This document shows positions 8,796 to 18,005 of a stretch of 54,188 bases of DNA, piece by piece; within the stretch, counting starts at the first letter, position 1; every line of letters begins with the position of its first letter. The stretch comes from Bacillota bacterium (GTDB lineage: Bacteria > Bacillota > Sulfobacillia > Sulfobacillales > JAIMBI01), in contig JAKATP010000005.1 of NCBI GenBank assembly GCA_021818685.1, forward strand, positions 1 through 54,188. The letters are read 5' to 3'. A program made the translations under genes and the position numbers. The notes beneath the pieces are model-generated. The model was not told the DNA's origin. It was given only the letters and a program-made list of their open reading frames with translations, and did not search any database.

Positions 8796-10301
8796 TCAGG
8801 ATCCAATCCCCATGTGGCTCCAGATTATCTGACTGAGAGTGTCTAGAGTTTGGATGCCGTACGCTTGGGAGGGATTGCCCGACGACAGGATCGCCACCAC
8901 ATAGTTCCGGCCACTGCCTGCGACATGTCCGATGCTGTTGATTTCCCAGCCTCCGGGGACGGAAAGCCAGCCGTTTTTGAGCGCTACCGTGGCTCCACCC
9001 GTCGCTCCGGTCGACACTCCCCAGGCCTCCCATCCGACGACATGGGTCATCAGCTGGGCCTCGTACTGCTGGGACGCGGCCGTCAGTACGGGATTCGGAT
9101 AGCTCAATAGGCGGAGCAGTTCGACCTGGTCGACGGCTGACGTCTTGGTGAGGCCCCAGTAACCGCCTCGGGCGGGCGTGGTGTCAACCATGCCGGCCAC
9201 CTTGAGAAACTGAGCGATGCCGGCGCTGCTCCCGGCATCGAACCAGAGTGCGGTGGCTGCCGAGTTGCTGCTCGACTCAATCATGGGGACGGCCAGCTGC
9301 TGCTCCGCCGGGGTCAGCGGATGTCCAGACATCTGCGACTGCCAAAGGAGGGTCGCAAGGATCGTCGTTTTCACGATGCTGGCGGTGTCGAAGTCGTCGA
9401 GGGTGGGGTTAAACGTGTAGGTGACTCCGTCTTGAGCATCGTACACGGCGGCGGACACGGTTCCGGCACGACCGGCCAGGTAGTCCCGAAACGCCGTGCC
9501 GAAGGGGTTGGGTCCGGGCGCGGCCAGCGTTTGCCAGGCCGCAGTCAGCTCGGCCACCATTGCCTGGTGAGCGTGGAGCTGCTGGTCCGGGGTCCGGGTC
9601 AGATAACTCCCGGCCGATCGCACGGCCGCTTGGGCCTCGGTCCACCCGGTCCAGTTGGAGTTAGCTCCGGACAGTTTCTCGCGGAGCTTCTGCAGCAGGG
9701 CCAGCACATCTTGCGGTTCTCCACCGACGAGGCCTCCGCTGGCCCGCGACAGCTCGTTGGCGGCACGGGTCCAGGCGGCCGCCGCCTCGGTCCAGTCTGC
9801 GGCCAGGCGCAACAACGCGTCGGGTGTGTGGGCCGCGCCCAGATCCCGCTTCAGCTGGAGGGACGAGAGGGTGGAGCGGCTGCCCTCGAGGTGACGGAGC
9901 GCCGTGAAAGCATTAAGGGCTCGCTGGCGCGCCATCCGTGTGACGTGCGTCACCACTGCGGCTGTGTCCTGCCTGAGGTGAGTGAGCTCGGACGCCCCTC
10001 CCCCGAACCAAACACGGGGGAGGGGGTTAAAGGGGTTTTGGGCTTGCCATTGAGCGAGGGATGCGTGCAAAGGTGCCAGGGCCCGGGCCGGCACGCCTTC
10101 GCGGCGGTCGCTTTGCCATTCCACCGCGAGCCGCGCTGCGTTTTGATCGAAGGACCGGGCCCGGGCGGCCGCGAACAATGTGCCTCCGACGCCCAGCGCT
10201 GTCGCGGCGCTGACTGCCATGATGAGCGGCCACCGTATGCGGGATCGAGGATGGAGGTGCCGTCTGGCGGGATGGGTCTCGGGCCAGGACAGGGGTGGCA
10301 C
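8796..10301 (-). CDS. Secreted serine hydrolase, class A beta-lactamase-like C-terminal domain with helical N-terminal region
   Basis: TM segment; SxxK (ASIVK), SxN (SSN) and KNG motifs in the C-terminal half. Confidence 0.8.
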   Translation of the reverse strand: MPPLSWPETHPARRHLHPRSRIRWPLIMAVSAATALGVGGTLFAAARARSFDQNAARLAVEWQSDRREGVPARALAPLHASLAQWQAQNPFNPLPRVWFGGGASELTHLRQDTAAVVTHVTRMARQRALNAFTALRHLEGSRSTLSSLQLKRDLGAAHTPDALLRLAADWTEAAAAWTRAANELSRASGGLVGGEPQDVLALLQKLREKLSGANSNWTGWTEAQAAVRSAGSYLTRTPDQQLHAHQAMVAELTAAWQTLAAPGPNPFGTAFRDYLAGRAGTVSAAVYDAQDGVTYTFNPTLDDFDTASIVKTTILATLLWQSQMSGHPLTPAEQQLAVPMIESSSNSAATALWFDAGSSAGIAQFLKVAGMVDTTPARGGYWGLTKTSAVDQVELLRLLSYPNPVLTAASQQYEAQLMTHVVGWEAWGVSTGATGGATVALKNGWLSVPGGWEINSIGHVAGSGRNYVVAILSSGNPSQAYGIQTLDTLSQIIWSHMGIGS

Positions 10302-10471
10302 GAGGGTGGGGGCTCCCTTCAGGTATTGGTAATCACAACGCTATAGACGCCTTCTAAGTCACAGACGGCGCATTAGACGGACAAGTCCGGGAGGCCCGCA
10401 ATCGGGTATGGGCCGGAGAAAGAACTCCGGATCCGGGCGACCGGTATGACCGCGCCTCGCCGCTTTGCTAA

Positions 10472-10503
10472 TTGCCCACCCCCCGGGGGGAGGGGAGTAT
10501 ACT
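10472..10503 (+). promoter_or_regulatory. Putative CsoR operator overlapping csoR-copA promoter
   Basis: C-tract/G-tract pseudo-palindrome CCCACCCCCCGGGGGGAGGG followed by a TATACT -10, typical of CsoR-family operators. Confidence 0.6.
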
Positions 10504-10551
10504 GTTGAGAACAGAGTCGAACGAGGGCGGGGGATGAAGGGAGGAGCGGAT

Positions 10552-10854
10552 ATGCTGCCCGAGTATAAGGCCGATGCCAGCCACCGTCTGAAGGGTGCAG
10601 TCGGACATTTGAGGGCGGTCGAGCGCATGGTCGCGGAAGAACGCTACTGTGTGGACATCATGAAGCAGCTGGCCGCCGTGCAGGCGAGCCTCGAAGGTGT
10701 GCAGCAGGTGCTCTTGAAGAATCATCTGTCGACCTGCGTGACCGACGCGATCCTGGCAGGCTCAGGAGATTCGCTCATTCACGAATTGGTGCAGGCGCTG
10801 CGCTACAGCAAAGGGATTCCGCCGGCCGAAGCGCTGACGGTGACATCGGGCTGA
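10552..10854 (+). CDS. csoR: Copper-sensing transcriptional repressor CsoR family
   Basis: RL....GH....RM.....YC.DI..QL.AV......H...CV; GGAGG RBS; directly upstream of copA. Confidence 0.9.
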   Translation: MLPEYKADASHRLKGAVGHLRAVERMVAEERYCVDIMKQLAAVQASLEGVQQVLLKNHLSTCVTDAILAGSGDSLIHELVQALRYSKGIPPAEALTVTSG

Positions 10855-10882
10855 CCGCACGTAACGGGAAAGGGAGAAGGCG

Positions 10883-13800
10883 TTGGCACTCGGAAAGACG
10901 GCACCACCGGACACAGCCGCGGAAACGTCCGTGCAGATCGGCATCGTGGGCATGACGTGTGCGAGCTGTGCTCTGCGCATCGAGAAGGGACTGTCCCGTC
11001 TGGAAGGCGTGGATGGCGTCCGGGTGAATTTCGGCACGGAGAAAGCTACGGTGCGTTTTGATGCGAAGGCCGTGGATCCGTCGCGGATTGTGGCCAAGAT
11101 CCAGGATGTGGGCTACAAGGCCATCACCAGCACCATGCGGCTCCGAGCGGTGGAACCATGGTCGGAAGCTAAGGCGGCCGAGGCACAGTCGATCATAGCG
11201 GCGATGCCCGGCATCGTGACGGTCCGGTTTGAAGCAACATCGGACCTTTTGGTGGCCCAGTACCTGCCCGACACGGTGGGTTCGGCAGACGTGCGGCGGG
11301 CGCTGAAGGACCACGGCCTGACGACCGAGGACGTGGGTCAGGAGAAAGATGCACTGCACGAAGCACGCGCGCACGAAATTCGGGGCTGGCTCCGGCGCTT
11401 TATGGTGGGCGCGGTGGTCTCGCTGCCACTGGCCATTGGGCTTGTAAGCCGGATAGCTGGCCATCCCATCCTGATGAACCCATGGCTGCAATGGGGGTTG
11501 GCCACCATCGTGCAGGCTTACGTCGGCGGGTTCTACTACGTGGATTCCTTCCACAACCTGAAGAACCGGAACGCCAATATGTCCGTGCTGGTGGCTCTCG
11601 GGACTTCGGCCGCGTACGTGCTGAGCGCGGGTCTCACGCTGGCCGGGTCCCGCCATGTGCTGTACTTCGATGACGCGGCCTTGGTGCTGACGCTCGTGAG
11701 CCTCGGAAAATACATCGAGGCGCGGGCCAAGGGTGCATCCTCAAGCGCCATGAAAGAACTCATGGGCCTATCTCCCAAAGAGGCCCATGTGGTGGTGGAT
11801 GGGGTGGAGACGTCCATGGCCGTCGACGACATCGAGCCGGGTATGGAATTGGTGGTGAGGCCGGGCGAGAAGATTCCGATCGACGCCGTCGTTACGGGGG
11901 GGCGAAGCCGGGTCGACGAGTCGATGCTGACCGGTGAGCCGGTACCGGTCTCGAAGGCGGTCGGGGATGAGGTCGTGGGTGCGACCTTGAACCAGACCGG
12001 GATGCTGCGGATCAAAGCGCTCAAAGTCGGCCGGGACACCGCCCTTGCGCAGATCGTGGCGTCGGTGGAGAGCGCGCAGGCCCAAAAAGCCCCCGTGGAG
12101 GGCCTGGCCGACCGCATCGCGGGCATCTTCGTCCCCGTGGTGCTGGTCATTGCCGTCGTGACGTTTGCGGTGTGGGCACTCGTGACGGGCAACGTCATCC
12201 ACGCCATCCTGCCGGCCGTGACCGTCCTCGTGGTGGCGTGTCCGTGCGCCCTCGGGCTGGCGACCCCGACGGCCGTGACAGCCGGGGTCGGCGTGGGGGC
12301 ACGGCGCGGCATCCTGATTCGGGGGGGCGAGTATCTCGAAGCCGCGGCCGGGATTAATGCCGTCGTCTTTGACAAGACCGGGACCATCACGCGCGGAAGG
12401 CCGAGTGTATCCGAAGTGCGGGCGGTCGGCGGCGGCGAGGGGGACGGGTCCCGCGTGCTGCAATGGGCAGCGGCGGTGGAGCGGTTCTCCGAGCACCCGT
12501 TCGGGCAGGCACTGGTGGAAGCGGCCCGGGACCGCGGACTCCCGGTGCCGGAGGCGTCAGACTTCGATGCGACCGTCGGCCGCGGGGTGTCAGGACTGGT
12601 GGACGGTCATCGGATTCAGGTCGGGAATGTCCGCGCCTTGGCCGATGACGGCGTCGTTAGCGAGGCGCTGGAAGAGACCGCGCGGGCATGGGAAGCCGAC
12701 GGGCAATCCGTCGTGTACGTAGCGGTGGATGGCCAAGTTGTGGGTGCGGCGGCCATTTCCGACGCGATCAAGGACACGGCCGCAGAAGCCGTACGGGCGC
12801 TCCAGCACGACGGCCTCGCTGTATATCTCCTGACGGGTGACAATCGGCGGGTGGCGGAAGCCGTCGCCCGCCGGGTCGGCATTCCGGACGGGCATGTGCG
12901 CGCGGAGGTGTTGCCGGAGGCCAAGGGCGCGGCCGTCGCCGCGCTCCGGGCCGGGGGGCTTCGGGTGGCTATGGTCGGGGACGGGATCAACGACGCCCCC
13001 GCCCTGGCCACGGCCGACCTCGGGATCGCCATCGGCACCGGTACTGACGTCGCCATTGCCGCCGCCGGCATTACGCTTATGAGCGGTGATGTCCGCGGCG
13101 TGGCGGGCGGGCTGCGGCTGGCGCGCAAGACGCTTGGAAAGATTCGGCAGAACCTCTTCTGGGCGTTTATCTACAACGTCATCCTGATCCCGGTGGCCGC
13201 TGTCGGCTGGCTGGCACCCGTGTTCTCGGGCGCCGCCATGGCGATGTCGTCTATCCTGGTGACCAGCAATTCGGCCCTGTTGAACCGGGTCAATCCGTAC
13301 GCGGGCTTGACGGAGACGGAGGCCCGGTGGGCCGCCACCGACGGAGCGGACGCCGACGGAGCGGACGCCGACGCGTCGGCGACCGCGAGCGATCCGGTCT
13401 GCGGGATGACGGTGCGCGTGGGAGACGCCGCGGGCCGATTCACCTATCAGGGGGAGACGTACTACTTCTGTGCGAAGTCGTGTCTGGAGGAGTTTCGTGA
13501 AGACCCGGAACGATTCTTGAAAGGGGAGCGGATAGAGATGGCAGAGGCTGAAGCGGGAACGGCCGTCGATCCCGTGTGTGGGATGACCGTGAAGATTGGA
13601 CAGGAGGCCGCGCGCCATACCCACGAGGGCATCACCTATTACTTCTGCGCGCGGTCCTGCCACGAAGAGTTCCAAGCCGACCCCGAGCGATTCTTGAAGC
13701 GATCCGGGGGCGATACCGAAGCGATTCGGACAGCCGTGGACCCGGTTTGCGGGATGACCGTCATGCGGGAGTCGGCGGCGGCGCGCCTCGACTGGGAGGG

Positions 13801-13888
13801 CACCACCTATCTCTTCTGCGGGTCGGGCTGTTTGAAAGCCTTCGTGGCGGACCCAGACGCTTACACCAAGACCGGTACGGACGCCTGA
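10883..13888 (+). CDS. copA: Cu(I)-translocating P1B-type ATPase with N-terminal HMA domain and three C-terminal YHS/TRASH domains
   Basis: [37 protein letters not shown] and MAMSS motifs; three DPVCGM...YxFC...C repeats. Confidence 0.95.
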   Translation: MALGKTAPPDTAAETSVQIGIVGMTCASCALRIEKGLSRLEGVDGVRVNFGTEKATVRFDAKAVDPSRIVAKIQDVGYKAITSTMRLRAVEPWSEAKAAEAQSIIAAMPGIVTVRFEATSDLLVAQYLPDTVGSADVRRALKDHGLTTEDVGQEKDALHEARAHEIRGWLRRFMVGAVVSLPLAIGLVSRIAGHPILMNPWLQWGLATIVQAYVGGFYYVDSFHNLKNRNANMSVLVALGTSAAYVLSAGLTLAGSRHVLYFDDAALVLTLVSLGKYIEARAKGASSSAMKELMGLSPKEAHVVVDGVETSMAVDDIEPGMELVVRPGEKIPIDAVVTGGRSRVDESMLTGEPVPVSKAVGDEVVGATLNQTGMLRIKALKVGRDTALAQIVASVESAQAQKAPVEGLADRIAGIFVPVVLVIAVVTFAVWALVTGNVIHAILPAVTVLVVACPCALGLATPTAVTAGVGVGARRGILIRGGEYLEAAAGINAVVFDKTGTITRGRPSVSEVRAVGGGEGDGSRVLQWAAAVERFSEHPFGQALVEAARDRGLPVPEASDFDATVGRGVSGLVDGHRIQVGNVRALADDGVVSEALEETARAWEADGQSVVYVAVDGQVVGAAAISDAIKDTAAEAVRALQHDGLAVYLLTGDNRRVAEAVARRVGIPDGHVRAEVLPEAKGAAVAALRAGGLRVAMVGDGINDAPALATADLGIAIGTGTDVAIAAAGITLMSGDVRGVAGGLRLARKTLGKIRQNLFWAFIYNVILIPVAAVGWLAPVFSGAAMAMSSILVTSNSALLNRVNPYAGLTETEARWAATDGADADGADADASATASDPVCGMTVRVGDAAGRFTYQGETYYFCAKSCLEEFREDPERFLKGERIEMAEAEAGTAVDPVCGMTVKIGQEAARHTHEGITYYFCARSCHEEFQADPERFLKRSGGDTEAIRTAVDPVCGMTVMRESAAARLDWEGTTYLFCGSGCLKAFVADPDAYTKTGTDA

Positions 13889-13961
13889 GGAAGGACGGTG
13901 TGCTCCGGCTCTCGGGCGCAGGCCAAGATTCCGGATCGGGGGGACACCTGCAGGGCGGCTC

Positions 13962-14765
13962 TCAGCGGATGCGATCCCGTCTGCCGCGCCATCGGACGGC
14001 GGCACGCTTCTTCGAAGGCGTTCCCGTGTGCCACACATCGTATCCGGCCCGACGCTCCACGCCTGCCGGTCTGCCGGTGCGGATGAGCTCCGCAAAGAAT
14101 CGGGCAGGAGGCACGGGGACGCCATTCACCGCAAACGCACGGTCGCGCTCCGCGGGCGCATCAGGGCGAGAGGCGGTCTTCTGCGCTGCCGTGCTGGCGT
14201 TGTTGATAAAGGCCAGCACGGCCTCGGCGGTGAGCGCGGTGGCCGGCATAACAAGGGCGCTCACCCCCGCCTCTTGAGCCCACGCCTCGACGCGCCGCGC
14301 CCGGTCCGCGTCGGGTACCGCGACGACCATGCGGCCGCCATGGGCTTGCAGGAACCGCGCGAGCTTGTCATTCCACGCGCCCCGACGTTCGGTGCCTCGA
14401 TCGGCTTCGAGCGCGATCCGATCATGGCGCCCCTCGGTGGACACCAGCCAGCCGTCGGGGCGGTAGCTCGCGTCGCTCCCGTAAGAGGCCGGTTCGAACC
14501 GCCATGGCGGGGCCAGCGGGGCGAGTCGCACGTACATCTCGGCGACCATCTCGCGGTGGCGGGAGCCGCGCCGGGGGCAGCGCGGATGCCAGTAGGCTCC
14601 CGCATAGGCCAGCGCCTCGCCATCCTCTACGAGGCGCCGCAGGCGCAGGCCCGCCGCCTGCGGCGTCGACCCGCTGAGTACGGCTGCCTGGCCCGCGGTC
14701 AGACGGCCCACGGCCGTAAGCGCTCTTTGGAGCGTCTCAAGTTCCAGGCCGGCTCGCGGACTCAC
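13962..14765 (-). CDS. Replication-relaxation (Replic_Relax / MOBC-like) protein, wHTH + PD-(D/E)xK-like domain
   Basis: N-terminal wHTH-like LT..Q.....RLRRL; conserved H (RHRE); YRPDG...IALEADRGTE...W.DKL..F motif; start overlaps the upstream ATPase stop. Confidence 0.7.
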   Translation of the reverse strand: MSPRAGLELETLQRALTAVGRLTAGQAAVLSGSTPQAAGLRLRRLVEDGEALAYAGAYWHPRCPRRGSRHREMVAEMYVRLAPLAPPWRFEPASYGSDASYRPDGWLVSTEGRHDRIALEADRGTERRGAWNDKLARFLQAHGGRMVVAVPDADRARRVEAWAQEAGVSALVMPATALTAEAVLAFINNASTAAQKTASRPDAPAERDRAFAVNGVPVPPARFFAELIRTGRPAGVERRAGYDVWHTGTPSKKRAAVRWRGRRDRIR

Positions 14766-16213
14766 AGTCCGGAAGTCCTGGGCGGAAACAGGCGAACGAG
14801 GCGGGGAGGGCGCTGCCGTCCGCGAACCGTCGGAATCAGCACGGCCCGCCCTCGGGGAAGATAGCGGGCTTCCGGAAATGAAGACGGCAACGCCTCCCCC
14901 TCGAGTCGGCGAAGGTCTCCCGCGGCTGTCCCGCCTAACACGAGCCGGGTGCGGGCATTGGCGAGGACCGCCTCCTGAAGCTCGGGGGAGAGCTGTCCCA
15001 AATCCTGGTGCGCCAACACGATACTCACGCCGTAGCCGCGGATCATGGCCAGCACGTCGGCCAAGTCAGGTGATACCCACTGATGAAATTCATCCAGGTA
15101 AAGAACGTGCCGAAGACCCCCGTGGGGCCCTGCCCGATACGCGGCCTGGACGAAGAGATGCCACATCAGTACGCCCAGGCCGCGGGCTCCGAGACCCAAT
15201 TCCGCCGGGCTCAGGGTGGCAAGCAGCACGAGGTCCGAAGCGAGCACGTCGTCGAAATCAAAGTCAAAGGGTGGGGAGAGGGCGGCGGCGGCGCCCGGAT
15301 GCATCCGGAGGCTTTGGAGGCGGTTTAGGAGGCCAATCTCCAGATCGAGCTGCCGTCCCGGCGGAAGGGCCCCGAATTCGTGCTCGAAGAACCGATCGAT
15401 GCCGGGGTCCTGAACCTCGCGACGAAGACGGTTTCGATAGGGCGCGTCGTGCACGATGCGTTCGACAGCGTCCAGATCCGCCCGGTCGGCCAGCGCCGCC
15501 TTCGCCAGTTGGACCGCGTGGACCAGCACCACGCGCCCGAGGGTGCGGTAGAAGGGATGGGCCCCCGGTTCCATCTGGTCCAGGGCGACCGCCAGTGCCT
15601 CGCCGGCGGCCGCACTCGCGCCGGCCAAAAGATTCAGATGGGGGCAGGCGGGATCTGTTGGGTCAAACGGCACGACCACCCGTCCGGCCGCCAGCGCCCG
15701 GCGTCTGGCCGCGTCCGCGAGGTCGCCCTTCGGCTCCATCACGGTCACGCCGACGCCGCGCTGCAAATCCTGGTCAATCCAGGGTTCAAGCGCCGTCGTA
15801 GATTTACCGGAGCCGGTGGGTCCGAGGACATGGACATGAAGGAGCCGGTCGGGGTCCCGAGCCGTCAGGGGATAGCCGAAAACGCTCCGTGCGAGGACCA
15901 GCCGGTGGCCGGTGCGGGGGCCGATGCGCGCGACGACGGCGGCGACGACGGCGGCGACGAAAAGGGCTGCCGACAATGGCAGGGGGAGGAGAGAGGCGGC
16001 GGCCGCGGCGCCCGGCAGCCAGGTCAGATGCCGGCGGGATCCGGCTATGACGACGCCAAGGAGGAGAGCTGCGGACGGGCCCAGGACGGCGGGTTGCGGC
16101 AGGGAGAAGAGGTGCGAGGCACGGAGACTCACGAGAATGAGTGCGGAGACAAAAACGGTAACACATCCCGTCCACTGCAGGACGGGATGTCCCAGAAACT
16201 CTCTTAGGCGCAT
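14762..16213 (-). CDS. VirD4/TraD-like type IV coupling ATPase, membrane-anchored
   Basis: N-terminal TM helices; H.HVLGPTGSGKS Walker A, EPKGDL, LYLDEFHQ Walker B, RGYGVSIVLAHQDLGQL. Confidence 0.85.
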   Translation of the reverse strand: MRLREFLGHPVLQWTGCVTVFVSALILVSLRASHLFSLPQPAVLGPSAALLLGVVIAGSRRHLTWLPGAAAAASLLPLPLSAALFVAAVVAAVVARIGPRTGHRLVLARSVFGYPLTARDPDRLLHVHVLGPTGSGKSTTALEPWIDQDLQRGVGVTVMEPKGDLADAARRRALAAGRVVVPFDPTDPACPHLNLLAGASAAAGEALAVALDQMEPGAHPFYRTLGRVVLVHAVQLAKAALADRADLDAVERIVHDAPYRNRLRREVQDPGIDRFFEHEFGALPPGRQLDLEIGLLNRLQSLRMHPGAAAALSPPFDFDFDDVLASDLVLLATLSPAELGLGARGLGVLMWHLFVQAAYRAGPHGGLRHVLYLDEFHQWVSPDLADVLAMIRGYGVSIVLAHQDLGQLSPELQEAVLANARTRLVLGGTAAGDLRRLEGEALPSSFPEARYLPRGRAVLIPTVRGRQRPPRLVRLFPPRTSGL

Positions 16214-16387
16214 GGCAGCCGGCCTTCATTTCATTAAGTCATAAAGGGGATCGCCGGCCCTCATGGTGTCAGGGCTGCCGGGCCCTCCGCAGACCGCGAA
16301 CTCCCTATTATTGGCGGCCTTTCTTGGACGGCCGCCCGATTCCTCTTTGTGACGTCCCCCAAAACAGCCGAGAAGCTCGGTACGGCG

Positions 16388-17797
16388 CTACTCTCCTTCC
16401 CAGTCCACGGTCCCGACGGAGGGAAAGCCCGCGAGTGCTTTTTCCAAATCGTTCTTAATCTGGCTGAGATGCTCGTCCGTATCGGCCTCGGCGCGGAGGA
16501 CGAGGGCGGGCTGGGTGTTGGAGGCACGCACGAGCCCCCATCCGTAGGGATAGTTGACTCGCATCCCGTCGACGTCGATCACCGGGTAGCGTGCCTGAAA
16601 CTGACCTCGGAGCGCCGTCACCACCCCGAACTTCTCTTCGTCGGGACAGGTGACCCGCACCTCCGGGGTGCTGGGTAGACGCGGTACGTCGGCCAGGAGC
16701 GCGGAGAGCGGGAGATCGCTCTGCGAGAGAATCCGCAGGAGACGCCCGGCCGCGTAGAGCGCGTCGTCAAATCCGTAGTACTCGTCGGCAAAAAACATGT
16801 GGCCGGACATCTCGCCTGTGAAGACCGCGCCCACCTCCCGCATCCGGGCCTTGATGAGTGAGTGGCCGGTCTTGAAGAATTCCGGCTCGCCGCCGAGCCG
16901 GATCACCTCGTCCACCAGGGTCTTGGAACACTTGACCTCGATAATGGCGCGTGCACCGGGATATCGAGCCAGAATCTCCCGCCAGTAGAGGATCATAAGT
17001 TGATCGCCCCACAAGATCTGGCCCCGGTCGTCCACGACCCCGATCCGATCTCCGTCGCCGTCAAACGCGATCCCGACGTCGGCGCCGGTCGCTTTCACTT
17101 CATCGATCAGATCCGCCAGATTCTTCGCGACGACCGGGTCTGGATGGTGGTTCGGAAACGTGGGGTCCGGCGTACAGAAGAGGGGCACCACTGACTGCAC
17201 CCCATAGGCGCGCATGACGGACTCCGCAAACAGGGCGGCGGTGCCGTTTCCCGCATCCACCACGACTTTGAGCGGGCGGGGACCGAGTGTAATCTTCTCG
17301 GCCAGCATGGCGATGTAGTCCGGAACCGGGTTCCGGTGCTCGACACTGCCCCTCTCGATGGAACGGTCATCGGCCTGCGCGGCCGAGTGCTTGTCCACCT
17401 CCCGCTCCATGAGCCGGCGCACGTCCTGAATCTGCTCGCCGTAGATGGTGGCGGGACCGAGCGCCAGTTTAAAGCCATTGAACTCGGCCGGGTTGTGGCT
17501 GGCCGTGATCATGACTCCGCCATCCACGCCGTAGTGAACGCGCGCCCAATAGAAGATGGGCGTGACGACGGTACCGATGTCAATCACGTGTCGGCCGACG
17601 GCCGTGAGCCCTTCCACCAGCGCATTCCGGAAAGCCGGGGACGACGCTCGCGTATCGTAGCCGACTAACACGTCACGGACGCCCCGCCGCTCCAGATAGG
17701 TGCCCCACGTGCGACCGAGCCGCTCCACGTCAGCCTCTACAATATCGGTCCCCACCACGCCGCGGATGTCGTATTCCCGAAAAACACTGGGATTCAT
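16388..17797 (-). CDS. Phosphomannomutase/phosphoglucomutase (AlgC-like)
   Basis: FREYDIRG, TASHNP, FDGDGDR, GEMSGH, VRASNTQP. Confidence 0.95.
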   Translation of the reverse strand: MNPSVFREYDIRGVVGTDIVEADVERLGRTWGTYLERRGVRDVLVGYDTRASSPAFRNALVEGLTAVGRHVIDIGTVVTPIFYWARVHYGVDGGVMITASHNPAEFNGFKLALGPATIYGEQIQDVRRLMEREVDKHSAAQADDRSIERGSVEHRNPVPDYIAMLAEKITLGPRPLKVVVDAGNGTAALFAESVMRAYGVQSVVPLFCTPDPTFPNHHPDPVVAKNLADLIDEVKATGADVGIAFDGDGDRIGVVDDRGQILWGDQLMILYWREILARYPGARAIIEVKCSKTLVDEVIRLGGEPEFFKTGHSLIKARMREVGAVFTGEMSGHMFFADEYYGFDDALYAAGRLLRILSQSDLPLSALLADVPRLPSTPEVRVTCPDEEKFGVVTALRGQFQARYPVIDVDGMRVNYPYGWGLVRASNTQPALVLRAEADTDEHLSQIKNDLEKALAGFPSVGTVDWEGE

Positions 17798-17922
17798 GGC
17801 CGCCCCCCGCCTTGCTTTTGTCCTGAGGATAGCCGCGACACCGAGGTGGGGCAAGACGACCCCTTCCGATTATCGGGTTGTCCGTGGGGACGGGGAGCCA
17901 GACTGACCGTAGACGACAGCGA

Positions 17923-17968
17923 TTGACACGCACGCGAACAATTGATTACGATTCGATTGGTATTGTTC
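17923..17968 (+). promoter_or_regulatory. Sigma-A-like promoter with overlapping inverted repeat (putative operator) for the NCS1 permease
   Basis: TTGACA (17923) - 18 nt - TACGAT (17947); GAACAAT (17936) ... ATTGTTC (17962) inverted repeat in an AT-rich patch. Confidence 0.5.
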
Positions 17969-18005
17969 GGAACCCAATCGTCCCATCATCCCAGGGGGGA
18001 ACTCC

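Noticed and set aside
12590-14125. Long antisense ORFs (here, and e.g. 42612-43859, 9321-10346, 22090-23310)
   Set aside because: Shadow ORFs opposite or overlapping well-supported genes, as expected in GC-rich DNA.
13962-16213. Complete ICE, prophage or integrated plasmid
   Set aside because: No integrase, mating-pair genes, att repeats or tRNA target are visible, so it is reported only as a two-gene module.
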